Assembly (NCBI GenBank): GCA_002633005.1
Contig: NMRA01000240.1
Location: 364,021 to 428,020, forward strand
DNA: 64,000 nt
Reading direction: 5' to 3'
From: Phoronis australis
Taxonomy: Eukaryota > Animalia > Phoronida
The stretch's first letter is position 1. Each line of letters opens with the position of its first letter. Position numbers and translations under genes: made by a program. This document shows, piece by piece, positions 1-12,399 of this stretch. The notes beneath the pieces are model-generated. The model did no database searches, was not told where the DNA came from, and was given only the letters and a program-made list of their open reading frames with translations.

Positions 1-1868
1 GGGCTGGGCTGGCCTGCCGCTGGGTTCAGCTTTGCTGGATTTCACAGTGAGGCGATGTTTAAGGATAGTGAAGAAAGAATTACTACTGCCACATTTCTTG
101 AGGCTTGATTTATCTCTCATAAATTAATATGACTCAGTAATGTCGTGGATTGGTTAATATGTGATCGGTGTCCTGATGAGATGAACCGTGGTTGGTCATC
201 ATTCAAATTTTTGAGATTCGCTGTCGAGCAAACTAGTATCTGGCTGCTGACATAGACGTCTGATGAATAAACTGTGGTGCCGAGCGGTGCTGTAGTGTGG
301 CGTAGGCATCTGAACGTAGCGCTTACGCACGGTAAGTGTACAGTACGTTCAGTGCTCAAGCTAATACGGTGGGCTTTGGGCGCCTACTTACCTCTTATTT
401 TACTACTACAGCACTGGTTCGGAGAGTTTTGAAGCTCTAGAGTGGTTGAGAAAGTATAACTGCCGTCGATTTCACAATTTTGGGATTGACTTGGCTCCAT
501 TGATTAATATTATGTATGACACCAAAGAATGTTCAAATGTGTCTAACTGCGCACCATAACGTCTAATTGTCCAATTGTGATTGCTATTAAAACTTTCAGG
601 TACTTTTAAAGTTTTACATGGAGGGCTTTAAAAATAGTGTATTAATGATAAAAACATAACGAAAACGAAATGGTATTTTAAAATGTGACGTCGTTTTGAG
701 GCCTTATCTAAAAAACCTTTAGGTCAAATAAAATTTAGCTTGATCACGTTATTGATACCGTTGTTCTACTATCAAAATCTTATTATTTTTTCTGGATCTT
801 GGCCACTTAATACAATTAATGGCGGACTGATAGAAGATCAAAATTCAAATCATTGTAAGCTTTCTTTCCGAAAAAGAAAATATACTTTTAGCTCTTTAAA
901 GAGATTGGTTCACAGCTACTAAGTTGTAGTTGATATGTATACACATGTGTTAACTGTTAATAAAGTTTGCTTATAAACAACATTTCTTTTTTTATACCCG
1001 TGGTCATTTTAATCGTAAAAAATGATCCATGGGTCAGTTTTTCACGAGGTCATTATTTAATGCTACTCCTGACTATTTAGGTGACACGCTTAAATTTTTT
1101 ATTAAAAAAACTGTCGTTGCCATCCTGTTGTCAGTACTGACAAAAGCATAACAGTGTACAGGTATGACATCAGCAAACTCAATTATTGTATCTCAAGTCT
1201 TTGGGCCTGTTCACTTCAATGACATAACGTGGTCCATTAACCAAAAGACTTTAGAAGGTATCTATAGAAACATATTTTTTTCTGAAAATTGAAAGTCTGA
1301 AGACTGATTTTCAACTTAAATACGAATGTGTGATTCGTTGAGGCAAGTGGCCAAATATAGTTTTGCAAAGAGAAAGGTACTTTCACAGCAAAATCCAATA
1401 GTATCAGTATCATTACCAAATTTCAATTGAAATAACCATTTCGAATAAACTCTTACAAATAATGTTACAGCTTTTGAAAACATAAATCGTGAAATCCCTA
1501 TTTCGTATAGACCTCGAACATATTTTTTAACAGTCATTCATGATGAGAGTTTTGGAGGACAGTGCTCAAGGTATGGTGTGCGAAAACTCATATAAATCCG
1601 ATCAGCATTTTCAGATATAATGCAAAGTGATTTAACTTGGGACATTTTTCTGTCCTAAACAACATAAAATACTTAAGCACATCAAAATTCAACATAAAAA
1701 GCTCTTACAGCTGTCAAATTAGTACCAAACAAGCACTGTTTTACGATATGTCAATAAGATCATATCCAGTTACTAATACGTATTGGTTGATACAAGGTTA
1801 CGAAGAGTTGGGACAACCAATCGCAGCATTAATCATCCTCCATTGTGTTTAGTTCGAAAAATCATCAT

Positions 1869-2235
1869 ATATTGCTGCTCGTTTTCCTGCTGTAAGAAAG
1901 AATAGCGTTTGAAACGGTTGTGACGTATCTGTATTTTGAACACGCAGTCATTCTTTTTATTTCCCGCTGAACATCAGAGAAACGTGGATAGGCCTATGGC
2001 TATGGCAGACGTTAGAATAAGAATCTCGCGTGTTGCTGGACATGACACGCTGGAGCTGGGTGAGTTCGTACGTCACACGTCCTTGAAGAAAAGTCACTTT
2101 TCTTCTATTTCCTTGTTTTTTGGGATATTGAATTCACGGTGGTAATGTGAAGTGCTATATAGGAAGGTTTAATAAAGCTGACAATGAAATCTCTTGTCAA
2201 AAAGGTGGTAAATGTATTTTAAGCACTTTAATCGG
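1869..2235. repeat. Old dispersed repeat, diverged copy at ~41200-41545
   Basis: Colinear shared blocks in both places: ATATTGCTGCTCGTTTTCC, GACATGACAC, CTTCTATTT...TTTTTGGGAT(A/G)TTGAATTCA, GGTAAAT...GCACTTT. Confidence 0.6.
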
Positions 2236-2410
2236 CGTTCTCCAATGGAGCCAAATATTTACGGCTGGTCGTAAATCTAAAGCTTAGATTCTGAATAAAA
2301 ACCTGTCGGATAGTTACGATATTTAAGAGCAATTCCATACAAAAGCAGACGGTGTGCTGAATATAAAGCTTCATATACATATATACATACACATACATAT
2401 ATATTGCAAC

Positions 2411-2978
2411 TTGTCCTTATATTAATAATGTCATACTGGGTTCCATCGTACCTTGTCGTTATATAAATAATGTCATACTGGGTTCCATCGTACCTTGTCG
2501 TTATATAAATAATGTCATACTGGGTTCCATCGTACTTTGTCGTTATATAAATAATGTCATACTGGGTTCCATCGTACTTTGTCGTTATATAAATAATGTC
2601 ATACTGGGTTCCATCGTACTTTGTCGTTATATAAATAATGTCATACTGGGTTCCATCGTACTTTGTCGTTATATAAATAATGTCATACTGGGTTCCATCG
2701 TACCTTGTCGTTATATAAATAATGTCATACTGGGTTCCATCGTACGTTGTCGTTATATAAATAATGTCATACTGGGTTCCATCGTACCTTGTCGTTATAT
2801 AAATACTGTCATACTGGTTTCCATCTTACCTTGTCGTTATATAAATAATGTCATTCTGGGTTCCATCGTACCTTGCCGTTATATAAATAATGTCATACTG
2901 GGTTCCATTGTACCTTGTCGTTATATAAATAATGTCATACTGGGTTCCATCGTAAGTTGTCGTTATATAAATAATGTC
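2411..2978. repeat. 42-bp minisatellite, ~13.5 copies
   Basis: Head-to-tail unit ATAATGTCATACTGGGTTCCATCGTACCTTGTCGTTATATAA with few substitutions and no spacers. Confidence 0.97.
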
Positions 2979-3379
2979 CATAAATTTAGCACGTGTATTT
3001 TATTAAATTTTATAACGTTTCATAGTACATTAGTTTCTATGACAATTCCTTCTGTAATTGCGTTCTTATGTATGCAACCTTATATTCGTGTTTGATGTCA
3101 ATGTTCTTGTTTCATGTATCTTACACGATAGCGTTTATGATTTTTAAATTTATTTGTCTTTGATGACTGATGTATAGTCGAAGTACCGCTACTGTTTTAT
3201 TATGATATGTTTTGTTCAGAGTTTTATTATATATTTACTCATATATATGTGTTCGTGATACCACTTACAATGGGCGATCTATTATATCAACTACCATCTG
3301 ATGAAAAACACTTGTGTAGACACTACCAAAGTTTGTTGTACAAACTAATTAAAGCAAAGAACAGCTTACTTTTCAATGT

Positions 3380-3382
<3 letters not shown>

Positions 3383-3415
<33 letters not shown>
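3383..3415. repeat. (AT)n microsatellite
   Basis: Pure AT dinucleotide run. Confidence 0.95.
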
Positions 3416-3418
<3 letters not shown>

Positions 3419-4069
3419 ATATGCATATCTAGCAAACAAAAATATCATTCATATTTTCACATCAGTGACAAAGGAGACCCTGTGAAGCTGTCCGAAAGAT
3501 GCTTGCATTTTCTTCACGCATTTTCAGTCTTGCGGGTGCAAAAATGAAAATCTATTACAGAGCTCAAAAAAGTCAAGTGTAAAGTACTGGTGCGTCAATA
3601 ATACAACATTCTTCATAATCTTACACTTCAGAGAAGGTTTTGTTCTAATGGGAGACCAAAACCCCTGCTTAGTCAGTTTGCGAACACCATAATAAACTAG
3701 GTTTTCCACGCACTGCTTGCAGTGCATGTAGGCCCATTTTCGGACCCCCTGGTAAAAATACTGGATCTGCGCTTGAAAAGGTCCGTTCCCACTATTACCA
3801 AAGATCTTCGACAGCACAAGTGAAAACAGAAAATAGTGGATACGAGCAGAGAAGTCGCGTTATTGGGCATACAAAAGGATTCGACAGTATTGAATTCACA
3901 AAACAGGTTAGAATTTAGAATATAAAAACAGCATTGAATTCACGATATGGAATCGACGAGTGTGGATTGAATTAAAGGCGTTGAATGCGCAAGATAGAAT
4001 TGAATTGTCGAGCAGTTGGAATTGAGTTCATGAAATGGAATTGATCATGCAATTTGATGGTTTTTGCAT

Positions 4070-5260
4070 AAACGGCCGCCCATACCAATGTGATGTTGAA
4101 TGTCGAACTTTTTAATATAGCAACTTTGGAATTACCGACAACATCAGTGACACCCTTGATATCAATAGTAAATAGGAGGGGATCGTGTGCGGATACTCAA
4201 GTTATCCCATGGTTGACAGTGGAGATTTCATTATAGTGGCCAGTTACATATTACATTGAGATCCGTCTGAGATGTAGGACCTGAACCGCTGCGCACTTCA
4301 CACATTTTTCAGGAGATAACAGTGATGGAACGTGTCAAAGGCAATTTGAGTTTGAAGAGCACTGCATCAAAGTGTCCCCTTGCCCATACCCAGACAAGTC
4401 ATCCGGATAACATCAATCAGAGCTGTGGCTGTGTAGCACCCAGGTCTAAAACCAGGCTGATAAGAGATGGTATTGTAACGGGGGCGGTATCTACGACCAA
4501 GGCGCCCCGATTTTACCGGAGCCCGGTGCGGACTGAGGGTGATATTGAACACTAAAAGTTGGTGAATAATACATAGGTTTATTGTAAAAATATATAACTA
4601 CAATATTTCACACTTAAAGCAATCCAGTTGTTCCACGATTTAGTATCGCAGCGTTGTGATTTATACAGTTCTGATACACGGGCAAGCCAGTCGCTGATTA
4701 TTAGTTGTGTGTGCAAGAACAGGGCAATTTGGTTATTCAGATCCGAAAGGTGAGATGCAATCAAGCTCGGGAGGAGCCCGAGAATTGCTGGGGCTAAACT
4801 ATTGGCAACCAAGTTCGGGAGGAGCCCGAAAGCTGCACAAACAGTTGCAATTTGGTGTGAGTGAAGGTGTACATGTTTGCTTCTTGAACTCTGCGACTGG
4901 ACTCCTCGTGTCTGACAGAGACAAAGCTTAAGTACACAATTTCAACCAATCAGACACGATCTGAAGGGCAAGGCCCCTAGCTCCTAGGCTCTAACCATAT
5001 TTGGCCATGTCCAAAGGACTCAAAATCATAGGAAAATTCCATACGTAGTACATAGCTTGACCACTAGATGGCGCATATATCTTACTTACATAATCATGTC
5101 CAGGGCACTCCTGTTACAGTATTATTGTGTGACAGATGCTGATAAACCTGTGAGTGTATAATTCTCTCAAAAACATTCATGACAACTGATAGTACCGAAT
5201 TAGGCCTATAGTTACCCCGTTCATCTAGTTTGTTCTCTTCAAAGATTGGACAAAACTTTT
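4070..5260 (-). pseudogene. Decayed non-LTR retrotransposon (CR1/L2-like) reverse transcriptase fragment, interrupted by a solo LTR
   Basis: Minus strand reads DERGNYRPNSVLSVVMNVFERIIHSQVYQHLSHNN (5120-5230), then across the insertion YQPGFRPGCYTATALIDV...AFDT. These match the LINE RT motifs NYRPIS, QxGFR..ST and D..KAFDTV. Stops and frameshifts are present. Confidence 0.85.
4474..5118 (-). mobile_element. Solo LTR (645 bp), probably Gypsy-type
   Basis: Ends TGTAAC...GTTACA. 4-bp target-site duplication GTAT at 4470-4473 and 5119-5122. It splits the LINE RT frame. TATAAA (~4660) and AATAAA (~4580) occur in the expected order on the minus strand. Confidence 0.88.
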
Positions 5261-5592
5261 GGGTAGAATCAACATAATGACGTTCTGTGTACGCGTAGTT
5301 TAACGTGCTGGCGAAGAATAACCAGATCGACTTGACCGTACACACTTCATTCGTTTCCTCTCAATCCGCAGGTGTAGTTGCTCCTAGAACTCATTTGATG
5401 GAGCATCTCGTTCGACGTCAGTCTCTATTTTTAAAGTGTTCAAAGTGTGTAGGCGGCCATTAGTTTTAAAATCGTTGCCTAATCGAACTTTAATGAAGAG
5501 GTGTATATTTGGCCCTATAGACTTTAAGGTTCTGTGAAAACTACGCTTGACGATAAGCTTTGGTACCAGTAAATGAATGTTGCGAGGTTGTT

Positions 5593-8500
5593 TGGAGACA
5601 GAAACTTTCAGAAAGATGCCTTTTTATCTCTCGTACCCCCAATCTACATGTACCTGTGAGTGAATTGCAATTGTAACGGCATTAAAACTAAAATAATTCG
5701 AGAATGGATTTCTTTGTTGTATAAAGTGCTAACTAAATTAACTAAGAGTGCTGATCCTGAGGTAGTAGCGTAGGCGACCATGACAGATTTTAAGACACCG
5801 CCAGCATTTAAAATGTGCTCTAAAATAGAGCGTACATAGTTGTTATCAGGATCGTTTACATGGACACATTAATCGCCCTTTTTATCGCTATTTAATCGTC
5901 ATTTCGACATACCAAGTAAAATCCAAATTTCGTAACCTGCTAAAATAATGGATTTTACTCGGCAAGTGCCGAGCAAAATCTAAGAACTGCAATAAATCAG
6001 TCATCTGCTACACTGCACATGGTTCACCCAAAGAATGCGTGATCATGAAATCACTTCGCACTGTTAACTGCCTTATAAAGCGCAAAACAAAAGTGTTTTT
6101 TTATTTTATTCCGGCCAGAGGAGAATGCAATTTTTTGAGCGGTCTTTGTGGGATACCGAAATCCAAGGCATTCTCTAGGGGACAAAGAAAGATGGCGTAG
6201 CTTACACTCGCATGCAAAAGGATGTGGGAGTAATTTTGCACGTACATACGGCGTAATCGTTCGTATGGCGTGGCCGGGTCGGGAGTTCTTGCCCAGTACT
6301 GTTCCTGCTCAGGGTTTTTCATTGTAGCGAAGAAATGGCGTGAAAAATGTTTATGTGTAAATGCTGCTGTTGTGTGTGACATTCATGAAAAGTTTGGAAA
6401 GGTATAATTGTTACCTTTTGACTCTCTAGTCGAAATCAGTTTTGAAACTAGTTTTGTTTTCACACTTCTCAGTTACATGGTGTCAGATGTTTGACTGTGG
6501 GTTTCTTTAAAAGGTAGCTATGCTTTGAGATTGTGCGTAGATGGAGAGTGAATAATCAAATCCAGTAATTAATTTATTACATGATAACCCCTAATTAGAC
6601 AAAGGAAACCTATTGTTAAATCAACTACAAAGAGTAACTACGCTAGAGCCCTCTTTAAAGATTACTTTAATCAAACAACCAAAACGATCAAATGTCTTAT
6701 CTGCTATCCAAGGTAGGACTTTCCACTTGTTGGATGTCTGTCCTGTTGGTGAATCTTCAAACTACACACACTGAATAGCGACAGTGCACTTGCTGGTCAC
6801 CGTCTTTGGTGATGCAACACTTGAAGGCAATTTCTTCTACCCGCGATTCTTCTTGCTGGTCACAGCAAGGAGTGTACGAGTATAAGAGAGTTCACTCCGC
6901 CATTATACCATTCGCCGCAATGGTTACTGGTTGAAACACTAGCGCTCCAAGCGGCGAATAATCAACACTTAGTTTGGCGCGCAGTCCGAACAATGTAAAC
7001 GCTCATAAATTCATACTTTAATGACATTCAACGTGCAATAAAATTACAGTGTGATTGAAAATGGTTAGAATACATAAACTAACATCCACTTACAATAGAA
7101 TGAGAAAGAAAATGTGTATTTTAATCAAAATTAAAGTGTATTTGTTTTTATTCTCTTGAAGCTCCCTTCAAGATGCATCATGGTTTTGTTTCATGTTTGA
7201 GTTCTTAACACGGCAATTATCGTTCTTTATAACAGTTCATACCTCCATGGACTGCATAATTTGAATGATTGCCCCTCGGGGTTCATAGGGGAATTCCCCC
7301 CAGGTGCCAGCTAAGGGGGTACCAGGCAAAAACCGGCAGGTGGGCACCAAATGGGTGTTGACCCCCTCCCAGGGGGGTTACATGGGAGGAGTGCTAAACA
7401 GGTAAAAACCAATGGGTATGTATGTTGAGCCCCTCCCATCGTCACACATTTTGGTTGCTCCCCTGACCATTGACAAACATGTTGCTCCCAGCTCACTGCN
7501 TGGAGACAGAAACTTTCAGAAAGATGCCTTTTTATCTCTCGTACCCCCAATCTACATGTACCTGTGAGTGAATTGCCATTGTAACGGCATTAAAACTAAA
7601 ATAATTCGAGAATGGATTTCTTTGTTGTATAAAGTGCTAACTAAATTAACTAAGAGTGCTGATCCTGAGGTAGTAGCGTAGGCGACCTTGACAGACTTTA
7701 AGACACCGCCAGCATTTAAAATGTGCTCTAAAATAGAGCGTACATAGTTGTTATCAGGATCGTTTACATGGACACATTAATCGTCCTTTTTATCGCTATT
7801 TAATCGTCATTTCGACATACCAAGTAAAATCCAAATTTCGTAACCTGCTAAAATAATGGATTTTACTCGGCAAGTGCCGAGCAAAATCTAAGAACTGCAA
7901 TAAATCTGTCATCTGCAGACACTGCACATGGTTCACCCAAAGAATGCGTGATCATGAAATCGCTTCGCACTGTTAACTGCCTTATAAAGTGCAAAACAAA
8001 AGTGTTTTTTTATTTTATTCCGGCCAGAGGGAGAATGCAATTTTTTGAGCGGTCTTTGTGGCATACCGAAATCCAAGGCATTCTCTAGGGGACAAAGAAA
8101 GATGGCGTAACTTACACTCGCATGCAAAAGGATGTGGGAGTAATTTTGCACGTACATACGGCGTAATCGTTCGCATGGCGTGGCCGGGTCGGGAGTTCTT
8201 GCCCAGTACTGTTCCTGCCCTGCGTTTTTCATTGTAGCGAAGAAATGGCGTGAAAAATGTTTCTGTGTAAATGCTGCTGTGTGTGACATTCATGAAAAGT
8301 TTGGAAAGGTATAATTGTTACCTTTTGACTCTCTAGTCGAAATCGGTTTTGAAACTAGTTTTGTTTTCACACTTCTCAGTTCCATGGTGTCAGATGTTTG
8401 ACTGTGGGTTTATTTAAAAGGTAGCTATGCTTTGAGATTGTGCGTAGATGGAGAGTGAATAATCAAATCCAGTAATTAATTTATTATATGATAACCCCTA

Positions 8501-9406
8501 ATTAGACAAAGGAAACCTATTGTTAAATCAACAACAAAGAGTAACTACGCTAGAGCCCTCTTTAAAGGTTACTTTAATCAAACAACCAAAACGATCAAAT
8601 GTCTTATCTGCTATCCAAGGTAGGACTTTCCACTTGTTGGATGTCTGTCCTGTTGGTGAATCTTCAAACTACACACACTGAATAGCGACAGTGTACTTGC
8701 TGGTCACCGTCTTTGGTGATGCAACACTTGAAGGCAATTTCTTCTACCCGCGATTCTTCTTGCTGGTCACAGCAAGGAGTGTACGAGTATAGGAGAGTTC
8801 ACTCCGCCATTATACCATCGCCGCAATGGTTACTGGTCGAAACACTAGCGCTCCAAGCGGCGAATAATCAACACTTAGTTTGGCGCGCAGTCCGAACAAT
8901 GTAAACGCTCATAAATTCATACTTTAATGACATTCAACGTGCAATAAAATTACACTGTGATTGAAAATGGTTAGAATACATAAACTAACATCCACTTACA
9001 ATAGAATGAGAAAGAAAATGTGTATTTTAATCAATATTAAAGTGTATTTGTTTTTATTCTCTTGAAGCTCCCTTCAAAATGCATCATGGTTTTGTTTCAT
9101 GTTTGAGTTCTTAACACGGCAATTATCGTTCCTTATAACAGTTCATACCTCCATGGACTGCATAATTTGAATGATTGCCCCTGGGGGTTCATAGGGGAAT
9201 TCCCCCCAGGTGCCAGCTAAGGGGGTACCAGGCAAAAACCGGCAGGTGGGCACCAAATGGGTGTTGACTCCCTCCCAGGGGGGTTACATGGGAGGAGTGC
9301 TAAACAGGTAAAAACCAATGGGTATGTATGTTGAGCCCCTCCCATCGTCACAAATTTTTGGTTGCTCCCCTGACCATTGAAAAACATGTTGCTCCCAGCT
9401 CACTGC
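5593..9406. repeat. ~1.9-kb near-identical direct duplication (5593-7499 / 7501-9406) joined by a single N; probably an allelic contig overlap
   Basis: Both copies start TGGAGACAGAAACTTTC and end CCCAGCTCACTGC, differ by scattered SNPs and small indels, and the junction is exactly the N at 7500. Confidence 0.93.
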
Positions 9407-10364
9407 TGGTTTCATCTCCACCCAACAATTTCGCATGTGTTCCCTATTCAATGTATGAGGCTACTGGCAATGCAGACAATTGTTTTGTGCGGTGGGTGTT
9501 ACACAAGTGAGAAGAAGAAAGCAAGGCATCACTACCACAAAATCGTAATACAATTTTAGAGCATTCCATTATTTCTTAGACATGCCAGTATAGGGTTCAA
9601 TCCCACTCTCCCACTCACCAACAGTTACAAGTCACTTGCTAATCTGTAGAATAGCTCACAACTTACAAAATGAAGTAACATTGAGTATATCATCACTCAT
9701 AACTAGTCAAAGTTCAAAACATCATGACAAAAAATTAAGAGGTACTAAACAGCAATCAAAATATTCATTACCCACATAACTTCATACGAAATTGAATTAA
9801 AAAGACTTGGATGATAAAACCAAAATTTTATTTTATTTGCCCACTGTTCCTATTAGTAAATATTTCAGGTAAGTTAAAGCCAGACCACAAGATCATATCT
9901 GATACCTAGCCTTAAATTAATCACAATCTCCAAAAACGTACGAAACAGGCAACACATACACCAACCAAGACAACAAGAAAATCTGACCAACCTTGCCACT
10001 TTCTATTAATTCACTAGCAAACAACAGCACTTTTCGCCAAAGAAATGCGTTCTAAATAAAGCTGAAAACTAATTTACTCACAGAGGTGTTTGTCATCGAG
10101 AATAATACGGATAGCTTGGGTTTAACAAAATTTCAGCCCACCACTCAGACTCTGAATGATCCATCAGTTTCACTTTGGCTCTCTCCAAATAACAGGCTAA
10201 CCATTCATAAAATGTTTCAATCTGATCAACCTTAGTAAAATACGAAAACCAGATTTTGCGGACTAATTGTCCTTTCTACACGCTTTGTGAGACGATAATC
10301 AGAAATGCAAAGAAGCCTATTCCAGAGCGGTAATATAATTTCCGGAGAACTTTTTGACCCTGAC

Positions 10365-10537
10365 ATCTTCATTTTTGGTGGATTCGGGACATCAAATATT
10401 GTTCGGGCACTGCAGTCAATACCAGCTTGTTCTTCATTCATGAACATGGACTCCTTGAAGTGATGAGAGCATAACTTGCGGTTCTTGGACAAATAGGTTG
10501 CATCTCTATTCATAAGGTCAGCTCCCAGCGCTTGCAC
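10365..10537 (-). pseudogene. THAP zinc-finger C-terminal half, remnant of a THAP-bearing DNA transposon gene
   Basis: After the acceptor TTCTGTTCAG: CKRW (frameshift) ADLMNRDATYLSKNRKLCSHHFKESMFMN...RTIFDVPNPP, i.e. the THAP W...LCxxHF...AVPTIF pattern as in THAP12/PRKRIR-like proteins. Confidence 0.72.
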
Positions 10538-11823
10538 CTGAACAGAAATCAATGACTGAGAGACTCAGGAACAAACCTCATACTCACTAGGTTCACTGAA
10601 GACTGGTAGCCTACACTGAAGTACACTGCACTACAGAATTCCTGTCGTACTGTGATTGTAATAGAGACAAAAGCGTTTTGGTGTCAACTGAAAAAACTCG
10701 GACTCAACTGTTGATCCACGGATATTTTAACAGGGCCGCGCCCTCGCATCATTGACACATAGAATTAAGTTTTCAATGACGCACTGCTTAACTTAATTGG
10801 TCCAACTGGCACATTAAAATCATATTCGGATTTTTCACCTTTTCACCGAGACCCACAGATTCGCTAACTTGACTCATGACAGACTTAGTGGCCCTGTGGC
10901 TGTGATTGTGCCATGNTTTTACTTATTTAGTGATTGGCTAATAAAAACCACATGATCATATCCACTCGTATTATTGGCTGTTACAATTTGTTCTCAGAAT
11001 ATTCTAGAATCTCTAGAGTACTTTAACCCCAGAACCCAAAGTTGTAAACACCATCTAAAAATACATTTTGACGTTAAAATACCCCCATGATTTAAAAATA
11101 CATATGCACAAATTTTGGGCAACTTAAAATGGATCTATTCTTACTAATTACTTAATCAATATTTATTCTGACACATGGGATGCGCACGTGAATTGGTTTG
11201 TTTATTCTGCTTATTTTAATCATTTTTAAACACTTGAAATGGTGCCAGAAACCGTGGACTCTTGAAGTAGACATGGATTTAATGAACGTTTACTTTTACG
11301 TGTAGCCGCCATTAAGCGAGCTATAAAAATGTGTGATTACACGCGGTTACTGTATTTTCAGGGAGCGTTGACGTTGAGTGCGAAAAAGGTGGAACGATGT
11401 GCCATGACTCTCTAGGGGTTTGTGAAAAGCACAAATACGAATCTGCCAGGTGTGTCTGTCCGGAGGGTTACTACTTGCTGGATAACGCAGTGTGTAAAGG
11501 TATGAGTGAGACTTGGATTTGAAGCATTCTGTTGTCAGCATATGCAATTATAAAGTTAGCGAAAAAAATCCAGGGAATTAAGTATCCAGATGGCGAAAAT
11601 ACGAAACAAAAATAATTATTTGAATTGTAGCGTAGTCCAGTGAATAAGCGTTAGCAATACAATGTGGTACAACAGGTAACATCCTATATTATTTTAGACT
11701 AACTACGTCATGTTTTATCCAGAAATGGTGTGAATTATCCAATACAAATTTTAACTATTTTTATTATTGACAGTGAACGTGATGTTGTGGAAACCGCTTA
11801 ACGAATTCATAGATACCAAAGAC

Positions 11824-12003
11824 ATGCAAGGAGATCGGAGCTCGGGAGGTATCGGAATTTGGATAGGAGTTGCAGTTGGCATTATATTGACTTTAGGTTT
11901 ACTGCTCTCTGTCGCCAAAATTGCAACAAAGCAATGTGAAGAAGCTGACGAAGATGATGATGATGATGATGATGATGATGACAATAATAATGATGATTCT
12001 TAG
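11824..12003 (+). CDS. Candidate 59-aa single-pass membrane microprotein with acidic tail
   Basis: MQGDRSSGG-IGIWIGVAVGIILTLGLLLSVA-KIATKQCEEADEDDDDDDDDDDNNNDDS*. Upstream acceptor TTATTGACAG (11773), donor CAG/GTAACA (~11676) and downstream AATAAA (~12084). No family recognised. Confidence 0.4.
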   Translation: MQGDRSSGGIGIWIGVAVGIILTLGLLLSVAKIATKQCEEADEDDDDDDDDDDNNNDDS

Positions 12004-12399
12004 CAGTTTTGATGTTTACATATACTTGGCGTTTCTTTATCCCTTTGTGTTCATGAGTATAGTTTGATAAGGAATATTGAAGCAATAAAGTTTTAAAATG
12101 GCACCGTTTATTGTAATAATTAGGATCAAGGTTCTTGCTAGCAACTCATTGACAAACATTGATTACCGAAATTAAAACAAGAGAACAGAAAAGACAAGTC
12201 GTCTATCATGTATCTTTTGCGCACATCTCACTTGCAACGGCAAAATGTGATATTAGAAGGAGAAAGAGTAAATAAAGCCTAAATGTTGTTTAATCGAGTT
12301 CCCACTTTATGGCTTGAAAAGCGTACGAAAATCTTGAAATCCTCTCTTACCGCCAGAATTTTACGTATTCTACATAAGTGGCGCTGGCTAAAACAACGC

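Noticed and set aside
1-360. GC-richer start of the window as a coding exon
   Set aside because: No frame gave a recognisable domain or a consistent splice-site pair.
2411-2978. Regular 42-bp repeats (also the 25-, 35- and 60-bp arrays) as CRISPR arrays
   Set aside because: Units are contiguous with no unique spacers, there are no cas genes, and the context is a spliced eukaryotic genome.
6101-8293. Paired ORFs MSHT..KHFSRHFFATMKN as a duplicated gene
   Set aside because: They lie in the N-joined duplicate, differ by a frameshifting indel, and match no recognisable domain.
11240-11258. TGGTGCCAGAAACCGTGG as a tRNA primer-binding site for the Gypsy element
   Set aside because: Imperfect, more than 1 kb from gag, and no upstream sequence matches the 3' LTR stub at 16083.
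11882-12085. Minus-strand poly-His and poly-Ser ORFs
   Set aside because: Antisense readings of the (GAT)n microsatellite.
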